In this document: piece after piece, positions 38,294 to 50,200 of the stretch | Position numbering within the stretch: position 1 is the first letter of the stretch | Layout: each line of letters begins with the position of its first letter | DNA from: Eledone cirrhosa | Lineage: Eukaryota | Length of the DNA stretch: 64,000 nt | Reading direction: 5' to 3' | Assembly (NCBI GenBank): GCA_964016885.1 | Contig: OZ024743.1 | Location: 198,524,001 to 198,588,000 of the forward strand | Notes under the pieces: generated by a model | Database searches by the model: none | Seen by the model: the letters and a program-made list of their open reading frames with translations, nothing else | Told to the model about the DNA's origin: nothing | Program-made: the position numbers and the translations under genes

Positions 38294-41200
38294 TTAGTGG
38301 CGTGGTGGTGGGGTTGGTGTTGGTGGGGTGGGGGTGGTATGGTTGGTATTGGTGTTGGTGCTGGTGTTGCTGCTTGTGTTGGTGTTGGTGGTGCTGGTGC
38401 TGGTGTTGGTGCTGGTGGTATTGGTGTCGGTGGTGCTGGTGTTCGGTGTTGGTGGTGCTAGTGCTGGTGTTGGGGGTGCTGGTGTTGGTGGTGTTGGTGT
38501 TGGTGGTGTTGGGGTTGGTGGTGTTGGGGGTGCTGGTGTTGGTGGTGTTGGTGTTGGTGGTGTTGGGGTTGGTGGTGCTGGTGTTGGTGTTGGGGGTGCT
38601 GGTGTTGGTGGTGTTGGTGTTGGTGGTGCTGGTGTTGGTGGTGTTGGTGTTGGTGGTGTTTGTGTTGGTGTTGGTGGTGTTGGTGGTGCTGGTGTTGGTG
38701 TTGGTGTTGGTGGTGTTGGTGGTGCTGGTGCTGGTGTTGGTGTTGGTGGTGCTGGTGTTGGTGTTGGTGGTGGGGTTGGTGTTGGTGGTGGGGTTGGTGT
38801 TAGTGGTGGTGGTGGGGTAGGTATTGGTGGTGGGGTTGGTGTTGGTGGGGATGGTATGGTTGGTGGTGGGGTTGGTGTTGGTGGTGTGGTTGGTGTTGGT
38901 GGTGGGGTTCGTGTTGGTGGTGAGGGTGGGGGGGGGGGGTATTGGTGGGGGGAGGTAGATATTGGTGGGGGTTGATGTTGGTGGTGGGGTTGGTGTTGGT
39001 GGTGGGGTTGGTCTTGGTGGGGTGGGGTGGTATGGTTGGTATTGGTGTTGGTGCTGGTGTTGCTGCTGGTGTTGGTGTTGGTGGTGCTGGTGCTGGTGTT
39101 GGTGCTGGTGGTATTGGTGTCGGTGGTGCTGGTGTTCGGTGCTAGTGTTGGTGTTGGGGGTGCTGGTGTTGGTGGTGTTGGTGTTGGTGGTGTTGGGGTT
39201 GGTGGTGCTGGTGTTGGTGGTGTTGGTGTTGGTGTTGTTGGTGCTGGTGTTGGTGGTGCTGGTGTTGGTGTTGGTGTTGGTGGTGCTGGTGTTGGTGGTG
39301 CTGGTGTTGGTGGTGTTGGTGTTGGTGTTGGTGTTGGTGGTGTTGGTGTTGGTGGTGTTGGTGGTGCTGGTGTTGGTGTTGGTGTTGGTGGTGTTGGTGT
39401 TGGTGGTGTTGGTGGTGTTGGTGTTGGTGTTGGTGTTGGTGGTGTTGGTGTTGGTGGTGTTGGTGGTGCTGGTGTTGGTGGTGCTGGTGTTGGTGTTGGT
39501 GTTGGTGGTGTTGGTGTTGGTGGTGTTGGTGGTGCTGGTGTTGGTGTTGGTGGTGTTGGTGTTGGTGTTGGTGTTGGTGGTGTTGGTGTTGGTGGTGTTG
39601 GTGCTGGTGGTGTTGGTGTTGGTGTTGGTGTTGGTGGTGTTGGTGTTGGCGTTGGTGGTGTTGGTGTTGGTGTTGGTGTTGGTGGTGTTGGTGCTGGTGT
39701 TGGTGTTGGTGGTGTTGGTGTTGGCGTTGGTGTTGGTGGTGTTGGTGTTGGCGTTGGTGGTGTTGGTGTTGGTGTTGGTGTTGGTGGTGTTGGTGTTGGT
39801 GGTGGTGGTGCTGGTGTTGGTGGTTCTGGTGTTGGTGTTGGTGGTGTTGGTGTTGGCGTTGGTGGTGTTGGTGTTGGTGGTTCTGGTGTTGGTGTTGGTG
39901 GTGTTAGTGTTGGTGTTGGTGGTGCTGGTGTTGGTGGTGTTGGTGCTGGTGGTGTTGGTGTTGGTGGTGTTGGTGTTGGTGTTGGTGGTGCTGGTGTTGG
40001 TGTTGGTGTTGGTGTTGGTGTTGGTGCTGGTGTTGGTGCTGGTGGTGTTGGTGTTGGTGGTGTTGGTGTTGGTGTTGGTGGTGCTGGTGTTGGTGTTGGT
40101 GTTGGTGTTGGTGTTGGTGCTGGTGTTGGTGCTGGTGGTGTTGGTGTTGGTGTTGGTGGTGTTGGTGTTGGTGTTGGTGTTGGTGTTGGTGTTGGTGCTG
40201 GTGTTGGTGCTGGTGGTGTTGGTGTTGGTGGTGTTGGTGGTGCTGGTGTTGGTGGTGCCGGTGTTGGTGTTGGTGGTGCTGGTGCTGGTGTTGGTGGTGC
40301 TGGTGGTGTTGGTGTTGGTGGTGTTGGTGTTGGTGTTGGTGGTGCCGGTGTTGGTGTTGGGGGTGCTGGTGTTGGTGGTGTTGGTGTTGGTGGTGTTGGG
40401 GTTGGTGGTGCTGGTGTTGGTGTTGGTGGTGTTGGTGTTGGTGGTGCTGCTGTTGATGTTGGTGGTGCTGGTGTTGGTGGTGCTGCTGTTGGTGGTGCTG
40501 GTGTTGGTGTTGGTGGTGCTGCTGTTGGTGCTGGCGGTGTTGGTGTTGGTGTTGGTGTTGGTGGTGTTGGTGTTGGTGGTGCTGGTGCCGGTGTTGGTGT
40601 TGGTGGTGTTGGTGTTAGTGTTGGTGGTGTTGGTGGTGTTGGTGTTGGTGGTGCTGCTGTTGATGTTGGTGGTGCTGGTGTTGGTGGTGCTGCTGTTGGT
40701 GGTGCTGGTGTTGGTGTTGGTGGTGCTGCTGTTGGTGTTGGTGGTGCTGGTGTTGGTGTTGGTGGTGCTGGTGTTGGTGTTGGTGGTGCTGCTGTTGGTG
40801 TTGGTGGTGCTGGTGTTGGTGGTGCTGGTGTTAGTGTTGGTGGTGTTGGTGTTGGTGGTGCTGCTGTTGGTGGTGCTGGTGTTGGTGTTGGTGGTGATGC
40901 TGTTGGTGTTGGTGGTGCTGGTGTTGGTGTTGGTGGTGCTGCTGTTGTTGTTGGTGGTGTTGGTGTTGGTGGTGCTGCTGTTGATGTTGGTGGTGCTGGT
41001 GTTGGTGGTGCTGGTGTTGGTGGTGCTGGTGTTGGTGGTGCTGGTGTTGGTGTTGGTGGTGCTGGTGTTGGTGTTGGTGGTGCTGGTGTTGGTGTTGGTG
41101 TTGGTGGTGTTTGCGTTGGTGGTGTTGGTGCTGGTGTTAGTGGTGCTGGTGTTGGTGTTGCTGGTGTTCGTGTTGGTGTTGTTGGTGTTGGTGTTGGTGG

Positions 41201-44200
41201 TGTTATTGTTGGTGTTGGTGTTGGTGTTGGTGGTGCTGGTGTTGGCGTTGGTGGTGTTGGTGTTGGTGTTGGTGGTGTTGGTGTTGGTGGTGTTGGTGTT
41301 GGTGTTGGTGGTGTTGGTGGTGCTGGTGTTGGTGCTGGTGTTGTTGTTGTTGGTGTTGGTGGTGTTGGTGGTGCTGGTGTTGGCGTTGGTGGTGCTGGTG
41401 ATGGTGTTGGTGGTGTTGGTGTTGGTGGTGTTGGTGTTGGTGGTGCTGGTGTTGGTGTTGGTAGTGCTGGTGTTGGTGCTGGTGTTGTTGTTGTTGGTGT
41501 TGGTGGTGTTGGTGGTGCTGGTGTTGACGTTGGTGGTGCTGGTGTTGGTGTTGGTGGTGTTGGTGTTGGTGGTGCTGGTGTTGGTGGTGGTGGTGTTGGT
41601 GGTGTTGGTGGTGTTGGTGTTGGTGTTGGTGGTGTTGGTGGTGCTGGTGTTGGCGTTGGAGGTGCTGGTGATGGTGTTGGTGGTGTTGGTGTTGGTGGTG
41701 TTGGTGTTGGTGGTGCTGGTGTTGGTGTTGGTAGTGCTGGTGTTGGTGCTGGTGTTGTTGTTGTTGGTGTTGGTGGTGTTGGTGGTGCTGGTGTTGACGT
41801 TGGTGGTGCTGGTGTTGGTGTTGGTGGTGTTGGTGTTGGTGGTGCTGGTGTTGGTGGTGGTGGTGTTGGTGGTGTTGGTGGTGTTGGTGCTGGTGGTGTT
41901 GGTGTTGGTGGTGTTGGCGTTGGTGGTGCTGGTGTTGGCGTTGGTCGTGCTGGTGTTGGTGTTGGTGGTGTTGGTGGTGCTGGTGTTGGCGTTGGTGTTG
42001 GTGGTGTTGGTGTTGGTGGTGTTGGCGTTGGTGGTGTTGGTGTTGGTGGTGTTGGTGGTGCTGGTGTTGGTGTTGGTGGTGCTGGTGTTGGTGTTGGTGG
42101 TGTTGGTGTTGGTGGTGCTGGTGTTGGTGTTGGTGTTGGTGGTGCTGGTGTTGGTGTTGGTAGTGCTGGTGTTGGCGTTGGTGGTGCTGGTGTTGGTGGT
42201 GCTGGTGTTGGTGGTGCTGGTGTTGGTGTTGGTAGTGCTGGTGTTGGTGGTGCTGGTGGTGCTGGTGTTGGTGGAGCTGGTGTTGGTGTTGGTGGTGTTG
42301 GTGTTGGTGTTGGTGGTGTTGGTGTTGGTGGTGTTGGTGGTGCTGGTGTTGGTGTTGGTGTTGGTGGTGCTGGTGTTGGTGTTGGTGGTGTTGGTGTTGG
42401 TGGTGTTGGTGGTGCTGGTGTTGGTGTTGGTAGTGCTGGTGTTGGTGGTGATGGTGTTGGTGGTGCTGGTGTTGGTGGTGCTGGTGTTGGTGTTGGTAGT
42501 GCTGGTGTTGGTGGTGATGGTGCTGGTATTGGTGGTGCTGGTGTTGGTGGTGCTGGTGTTGGTGTTGTTGGTGTTGGTGTTGGTGGTGTTGGTGTTGGTG
42601 TTGGTGGTGTTGGTGGTGCTGGTGTTGGTGTTACTGTTGGTGGTGTTGGTGTTGGTGTTGGTGGTGTTGGTGTTGGTGGTGTTGGTGTTGGCGTTGGTGG
42701 TGTTGGTGTTGGTGGTTCTGGTGTTGGTGTTGGTGGTGTTGGTGTTGGTGGTGTTAGTGTTGGTGTTGGTGGTGCTGGTGTTGGTGCTGGTGGTGCTGGT
42801 GTTGGTGGTGCTGGTGTTGGTGGTGTTGGTGCTGGTGGTGTTGGTGTTGTTGGTGCCGGTGTTGGTGTTGGTGGTGGTGGTGCCGGTGTTGGTGTTGGTG
42901 GTGCTGGTGTTGGTGTTGGTGGTGTTGGTGTTGGTGTTGGTGGTGTTGGTGGTGCTGGTGTTGGTGGTGCTGGTGTTGGTGTTGGTGTTGGTGTTGGTGG
43001 TGCTGTTGTTGGCGTTGGTGGTGTTGGTGTTGGTGTTGGTGGTGCTGGTGTTGCTGTTGGTGTTGGTGGTGGTGGTGCTGGTGTTGGTGTTGGTGGTGCT
43101 GGTGTTGGTGTTGGTGGTGTTGGTGTTGGCGTTGGTGGTGCTGGTGTTGGTGTTGTTGGTGCTGGTGTTGGTGGTGCTGGTGTTGGTGGTGCTGGTGTTC
43201 GTGTTGGTGGTGGTGGTGCTGGTGTTGGTGGTGCTGTTGTTGGTGTTGGTGGTGGTGGTGCTGGTGTTGGTGTTGGTGGTGGTGGTGTTGGCGTTGGTGG
43301 TGTTGGTGTTGGTGTTGGTGGTGCTGGTGTTGGTGTTGGTGGTGCTGGTGTTGGTGTTGGTGGTGGTGGTGTTTGCGTTGGTGGTGTTGGTGTTGGTGTG
43401 GGTGGTGCTGGTGTTAGTGGTGCTGGTGTTGGTGTTGCTGGTGTTCGTGTTGGTGTTGTTGGTGTTGGTGTTGGTGGTGTTAGTGTTGGTGTTGGTGTTG
43501 GTGGTGGTGCTGGTGTTGGTAGTGCTGGTATTGGCGTTGGTGGTGCTGGTGTTGGTGGTGTTGGTGGTGCTGGTGTTGGTGTTGGTAGTGCTGGTGTTGG
43601 CGTTGGTGGTGCTGGTGTTGGTGGTGCTGGTGTTGGTGGTGCTGGTGTTGGTGTTGGTAGTGCTGGTGTTGGTGGTGCTGGTGGTGCTGGTGTTGGTGGA
43701 GCTGGTGTTGGTGTTGGTGGTGTTGGTGTTGGTGTTGGTGGTGTTGGTGTTGGTGGTGTTGGTGGTGCTGGTGTTGGTGTTGGTGTTGGTGGTGCTGGTG
43801 TTGGTGTTGGTGGTGTTGGTGTTGGTGGTGTTGGTGGTGCTGGTGTTGGTGTTGGTAGTGCTGGTGTTGGTGGTGATGGTGTTGGTGGTGCTGGTGTTGG
43901 TGGTGCTGGTGTTGGTGTTGGTAGTGCTGGTGTTGGTGGTGATGGTGCTGGTGTTGGTGGTGCTGGTGTTGGTGGTGCTGGTGTTGGTGTTGTTGGTGTT
44001 GGTGTTGGTGGTGTTGGTGTTGGTGTTGGTGGTGTTGGTGGTGCTGGTGTTGGTGTTACTGTTGGTGGTGTTGGTGTTGGTGTTGGTGGTGTTGGTGTTG
44101 GTGGTGTTGGTGTTGGCGTTGGTGGTGTTGGTGTTGGTGGTTCTGGTGTTGGTGTTGGTGGTGTTGGTGTTGGTGGTGTTAGTGTTGGTGTTGGTGGTGC

Positions 44201-47200
44201 TGGTGTTGGTGCTGGTGGTGCTGGTGTTGGTGGTGCTGGTGTTGGTGGTGTTGGTGCTGGTGGTGTTGGTGTTGTTGGTGCCGGTGTTGGTGTTGGTGGT
44301 GGTGGTGCCGGTGTTGGTGTTGGTGGTGCTGGTGTTGGTGTTGGTGGTGTTGGTGTTGGTGTTGGTGGTGTTGGTGGTGCTGGTGTTGGTGGTGCTGGTG
44401 TTGGTGTTGGTGTTGGTGTTGGTGGTGCTGTTGTTGGCGTTGGTGGTGTTGGTGTTGGTGTTGGTGGTGCTGGTGTTGCTGTTGGTGTTGGTGGTGGTGG
44501 TGCTGGTGTTGGTGTTGGTGGTGCTGGTGTTGGTGTTGGTGGTGTTGGTGTTGGCGTTGGTGGTGCTGGTGTTGGTGTTGTTGGTGCTGGTGTTGGTGGT
44601 GCTGGTGTTGGTGGTGCTGGTGTTCGTGTTGGTGGTGGTGGTGCTGGTGTTGGTGGTGCTGTTGTTGGTGTTGGTGGTGGTGGTGCTGGTGTTGGTGTTG
44701 GTGGTGGTGGTGTTGGCGTTGGTGGTGTTGGTGTTGGTGTTGGTGGTGCTGGTGTTGGTGTTGGTGGTGCTGGTGTTGGTGTTGGTGGTGGTGGTGTTTG
44801 CGTTGGTGGTGTTGGTGTTGGTGTGGGTGGTGCTGGTGTTAGTGGTGCTGGTGTTGGTGTTGCTGGTGTTCGTGTTGGTGTTGTTGGTGTTGGTGTTGGT
44901 GGTGTTAGTGTTGGTGTTGGTGTTGGTGGTGGTGCTGGTGTTGGTAGTGCTGGTATTGGCGTTGGTGGTGCTGGTGTTGGTGGTGTTGGTGGTGCTGGTG
45001 TTGGTGTTGGTAGTGCTGGTGTTGGTGGTGCTGGTGGTGCTGGTGTTGGTGGTGCTGGTGTTGGTGGTGCTGGTGTTGGTTTTGTTGGTGTTGGTGTTGG
45101 TGGTGCTGGTGTTGGTGGTGCTGGTGTTGGTGTTGGTGGTGTTGGTGTTGGTGGTGTTGGTGGTGCTGGTGTTGGTGTTGGTAGTGCTGGTGTTGGCGTT
45201 GGTGGTGCTGGTGTTGGTGGTGCTGGTGTTGGTGGTGCTGGTGTTGGTGTTGGTAGTGCTGGTGTTGGTGGTGGTGGTGCTGGTGTTGGTGGTGCTGGTG
45301 TTGTTGGTGCTTGTGATGGTGTTGTTGGTGTTGGTGTTGGTGGTGCTGGTGTTGGTGTTGGTGGTGTTGGTGTTGGTGGTGTTGGTGGTGCTGGTGTTGG
45401 TGTTGGTGGTGCTGGTGTTGGTGGTGCTGGTGTTGGTGGTGCTGGTGTTGGTGTTGGTAGTGCTGGTGTTGGCGTTGGTGGTGCTGGTGTTGGTGGTGCT
45501 GGTGTTGGTGGTGCTGGTGTTGGTGTTGTTGGTGTTGGTGTTGGTGGTGTTGGTGTTGGTGCTGGTGTTGGTGTTGGTGGTGCTGGTGTTGGTGGTGCTG
45601 GTGTTGGCGTTGGTGGTGCTGGTGTTGGTGGTGCTGGTGTTGGTGGTGCTGGTGTTGGTGTTGGTGGTGTTGGTGTTGGTGCTGGTGTTGGTGTTGGTGG
45701 TGCTGGTGTTGGTGGTGCTGGTGTTGGTGGTGCTGGTGTTGGTGGTGCTGGTGTTGGTGTTCGTGTTGGTGGTGCTGTTGTTGGTGTTGGTGGTGGTGGT
45801 GCTGGTGTTGGTGTTGGTGGTGGTGGTGTTGACGTTGGTGGTGTTGGTGTTGGTGTTGGTGGTGCTGGTGTTGGTGTTGGTGGTGCTGGTGTTGGTGTTG
45901 GTGGTGTTGGTGTTGGTGGTGGTGGTGTTGGCGTTGGTGGTGTTGGTGTTGGTGTTGGTGGTGCTGGTGTTAGTGGTGCTGGTGTTGGTGTTGCTGGTGT
46001 TCGTGTTGGTGTTGGTGTTGGTGGTGTTGGTGTTGGTGTTGGTGGTGCTGGTGTTGGCGTTGGTGGTGTTGGTGTTGGTGTTGGTGGTGTTGGTGTTGGT
46101 GGTGTTGGTGCTGGTGTTGTTGTTGTTGGTGTTGGTGGTGTTGGTGGTGCTGGTGTTGGCGTTGGTGGTGCTGGTGTTGGTGGTGTTGGTGTTGGTGGTG
46201 TTGGTGGTGCTGGTGTTGACGTTGGTGGTGCTGGTGTTGGTGTTGGTGGTGTTGGTGTTGGTGGTGTTGGTGATGGTGGTGCTGGTGTTGGTGTTGTTGG
46301 TGCTGGTGTTGGTGGTGCTGGTGTTGGTGGTGCTGGTGTTCGTGTTGGTGGTGCTGTTGTTGGTGTTGGTGGTGGTGGTGCTGGTGTTGGTGTTGGTGGT
46401 GGTGGTGTTGGCGTTGGTGGTGTTGGTGTTGGTGTTGGTGGTGCTGGTGTTGGTGTTGGTGGTGCTGGTGTTGGTGTTGGTGTTGGTGGTGTTTGCGTTG
46501 GTGGTGTTGGTGCTGGTGTTAGTGGTGCTGGTGTTGGTGTTGCTGGTGTTCGTGTTGGTGTTGTTGGTGTTGGTGTTGGTGGTGTTAGTGTTGGTGTTGG
46601 TGTTGGTGGTGTTGGTGTTGGTGTTGGTGGTGCTGGTGTTGGCGTTGGTGGTGTTGGTGTTGGTGTTGGTGGTGTTGGTGTTGGTGGTGTTGGTGTTGGT
46701 GGTGTTGGTGTTGGTGTTGGTGGTGTTGGTGGTGCTGGTGTTGGTGCTGGTGTTGTTGTTGTTGGTGTTGGTGGTGTTGGTGGTGCTGGTGTTGGCGTTG
46801 GTGGTGCTGGTGATGGTGTTGGTGGTGTTGGTGTTGGTGGTGTTGGTGTTGGTGTTGGTGGTGTTGGTGGTGCTGGTGTTGGCGTTGGTGGTGCTGGTGA
46901 TGGTGTTGGTGGTGTTGGTGTTGGTGGTGTTGGTGTTGGTGGTGCTGGTGTTGGTGTTGGTAGTGCTGGTGTTGGTGCTGGTGTTGTTGTTGTTGGTGTT
47001 GGTGGTGTTGGTGGTGCTGGTGTTGACGTTGGTGGTGCTGGTGTTGGTGTTAGTGGTGTTGGTGTTGGTGGTGCTGGTGTTGGTGGTGGTGGTGTTGGTG
47101 GTGTTGGTGGTGTTGGTGCTGGTGGTGTTGGTGTTGGTGGTGTTGGCGTTGGTGGTGCTGGTGTTGGTGTTGGTGGTGTTGGTGGTGCTGGTGTTGGCGT

Positions 47201-50200
47201 TGGTGTTGGTGGTGTTGGTGTTGGTGGTGTTGGCGTTGGTGGTGTTGGTGTTGGTGGTGTTGGTGGTGCTGGTGTTGGTGTTGGTAGTGCTGGTGTTGGT
47301 GGTGATGGTGCTGGTGTTGGTGGTGCTGGTGTTGGCTTTGGTGGTGCTGGTGTTGGTGTTGGTAGTGCTGGTGTTGGTGGTGATGGTGCTGGTGTTGGTG
47401 GTGCTGGTGTTGGCTTAGGTGGTGCTGGTGTTGGTGTTGGTGGTGTTGGTGTTGGTGGTGCTGGTGTTGGTGTTGGTGTTGGTGGTGCTGGTGTTGGTGT
47501 TGGTAGTGCTGGTGTTGGCGTTGGTGGTGCTGGTGTTGGTGGTGCTGGTGTTGGTGGTGCTGGTGTTGGTGTTGGTAGTGCTGGTGTTGGTGGTGCTGGT
47601 GGTGCTGGTGTTGGTGGTGCTGGTGTTGGTGTTGGTGGTGTTGGTGTTGGTGTTGGTGGTGTTGGTGTTGGTGGTGTTGGTGGTGCTGGTGTTGGTGTTG
47701 GTGTTGGTGGTGCTGGTGTTGGTGTTGGTGGTGTTGGTGTTGGTGGTGTTGGTGGTGCTGGTGTTGGTGTTGGTAGTGCTGGTGTTGGTGGTGATGGTGT
47801 TGGTGGTGCTGGTGTTGGTGGTGCTGGTGTTGGTGTTGGTAGTGCTGGTGTTGGTGGTGATGGTGCTGGTGTTGGTGGTGCTGGTGTTGGTGGTGCTGGT
47901 GTTGGTGTTGTTGGTGTTGGTGTTGGTGGTTTTGGTGTTGGTATTGGTGGTGTTGGTGTTGGTGGTGTTGGTGGTGCTGGTGTTGGTGTTGGTGTTGGTG
48001 GTGTTGGTGTTGGTGGTGCTGGTGTTGGTGGTGCTGGTGTTGGTGTTGGTGGTGTTGGTGTTGGTGGTGCTGGTGCTGGTGCTGGTGTTGGTGGTGTTGG
48101 TGCTGGTGTTGGTGTTGGTGGTGTTGGTGTTGGCGTTGGTGGTGTTGGTGTTGGTGGTTCTGGTGTTGGTGTTGGTGGTGTTGGTGTTGGCGTTGGTGGT
48201 GTTGGTGTTGGTGGTTCTGGTGTTGGTGTTGGTGGTGTTGGTGTTGGTGGTGTTAGTGTTGGTGTTGGTGGTGCTGGTGTTGGTGCTGGTGGTGCTGGTG
48301 TTGGTGGTGCTGGTGTTGGTGGTGTTGGTGCTGGTGGTGTTGGTGTTGTTGGTGCCGGTGTTGGTGTTGGTGGTGGTGGTGCCGGTGTTGGTGTTGGTGG
48401 TGGTGGTGCCGGTGTTGGTGTTGGTGGTGTTGGTGTTGTTGGTGCTGGTGCTGGTGTTGGTGGTGCTGGTGTTAGTGTTGGTGGTGTTGGTGGTGTTGGT
48501 GTTGGTGGTGCTGCTGTTGGTGTTGGTGGTGCTGGTGTTGGTGGTGCTGCTGTTGGTGGTGCTGGTGTTGGTGTTGGTGGTGGTGGTGTTTGCGTTGGTG
48601 GTGTTGGTGTTGGTGTGGGTGGTGCTGGTGTTAGTGGTGCTGGTGTTGGTGTTGCTGGTGTTCGTGTTGGTGTTGTTGGTGTTGGTGTTGGTGGTGTTAG
48701 TGTTGGTGTTGGTGTTGGTGGTGGTGCTGGTGTTGGTAGTGCTGGTATTGGCGTTGGTGGTGCTGGTGTTGGTGGTGTTGGTGGTGCTGGTGTTGGTGTT
48801 GGTAGTGCTGGTGTTGGTGGTGCTGGTGGTGCTGGTGTTGGTGGTGCTGGTGTTGGTGGTGCTGGTGTTGGTTTTGTTGGTGTTGGTGTTGGTGGTGCTG
48901 GTGTTGGTGGTGCTGGTGTTGGTGTTGGTGGTGTTGGTGTTGGTGGTGTTGGTGGTGCTGGTGTTGGTGTTGGTAGTGCTGGTGTTGGCGTTGGTGGTGC
49001 TGGTGTTGGTGGTGCTGGTGTTGGTGGTGCTGGTGTTGGTGTTGGTAGTGCTGGTGTTGGTGGTGGTGGTGCTGGTGTTGGTGGTGCTGGTGTTGTTGGT
49101 GCTTGTGATGGTGTTGTTGGTGTTGGTGTTGGTGGTGCTGGTGTTGGTGTTGGTGGTGTTGGTGTTGGTGGTGTTGGTGGTGCTGGTGTTGGTGTTGGTG
49201 GTGCTGGTGTTGGTGGTGCTGGTGTTGGTGGTGCTGGTGTTGGTGTTGGTAGTGCTGGTGTTGGCGTTGGTGGTGCTGGTGTTGGTGGTGCTGGTGTTGG
49301 TGGTGCTGGTGTTGGTGTTGTTGGTGTTGGTGTTGGTGGTGTTGGTGTTGGTGCTGGTGTTGGTGTTGGTGGTGCTGGTGTTGGTGGTGCTGGTGTTGGC
49401 GTTGGTGGTGCTGGTGTTGGTGGTGCTGGTGTTGGTGGTGCTGGTGTTGGTGTTGGTGGTGTTGGTGTTGGTGCTGGTGTTGGTGTTGGTGGTGCTGGTG
49501 TTGGTGGTGCTGGTGTTGGTGGTGCTGGTGTTGGTGGTGCTGGTGTTGGTGTTCGTGTTGGTGGTGCTGTTGTTGGTGTTGGTGGTGGTGGTGCTGGTGT
49601 TGGTGTTGGTGGTGGTGGTGTTGACGTTGGTGGTGTTGGTGTTGGTGTTGGTGGTGTTGGTGTTGGTGTTGGTGGTGCTGGTGTTGGTGTTGGTGGTGTT
49701 GGTGTTGGTGGTGGTGGTGTTGGCGTTGGTGGTGTTGGTGTTGGTGTTGGTGGTGCTGGTGTTAGTGGTGCTGGTGTTGGTGTTGCTGGTGTTCGTGTTG
49801 GTGTTGGTGTTGGTGGTGTTGGTGTTGGTGTTGGTGGTGCTGGTGTTGGCGTTGGTGGTGTTGGTGTTGGTGTTGGTGGTGTTGGTGTTGGTGGTGTTGG
49901 TGCTGGTGTTGTTGTTGTTGGTGTTGGTGGTGTTGGTGGTGCTGGTGTTGGCGTTGGTGGTGCTGGTGTTGGTGGTGTTGGTGTTGGTGGTGTTGGTGGT
50001 GCTGGTGTTGACGTTGGTGGTGCTGGTGTTGGTGTTGGTGGTGTTGGTGTTGGTGGTGTTGGTGATGGTGGTGCTGGTGTTGGTGTTGTTGGTGCTGGTG
50101 TTGGTGGTGCTGGTGTTGGTGGTGCTGGTGTTCGTGTTGGTGGTGCTGTTGTTGGTGTTGGTGGTGGTGGTGCTGGTGTTGGTGTTGGTGGTGGTGGTGT

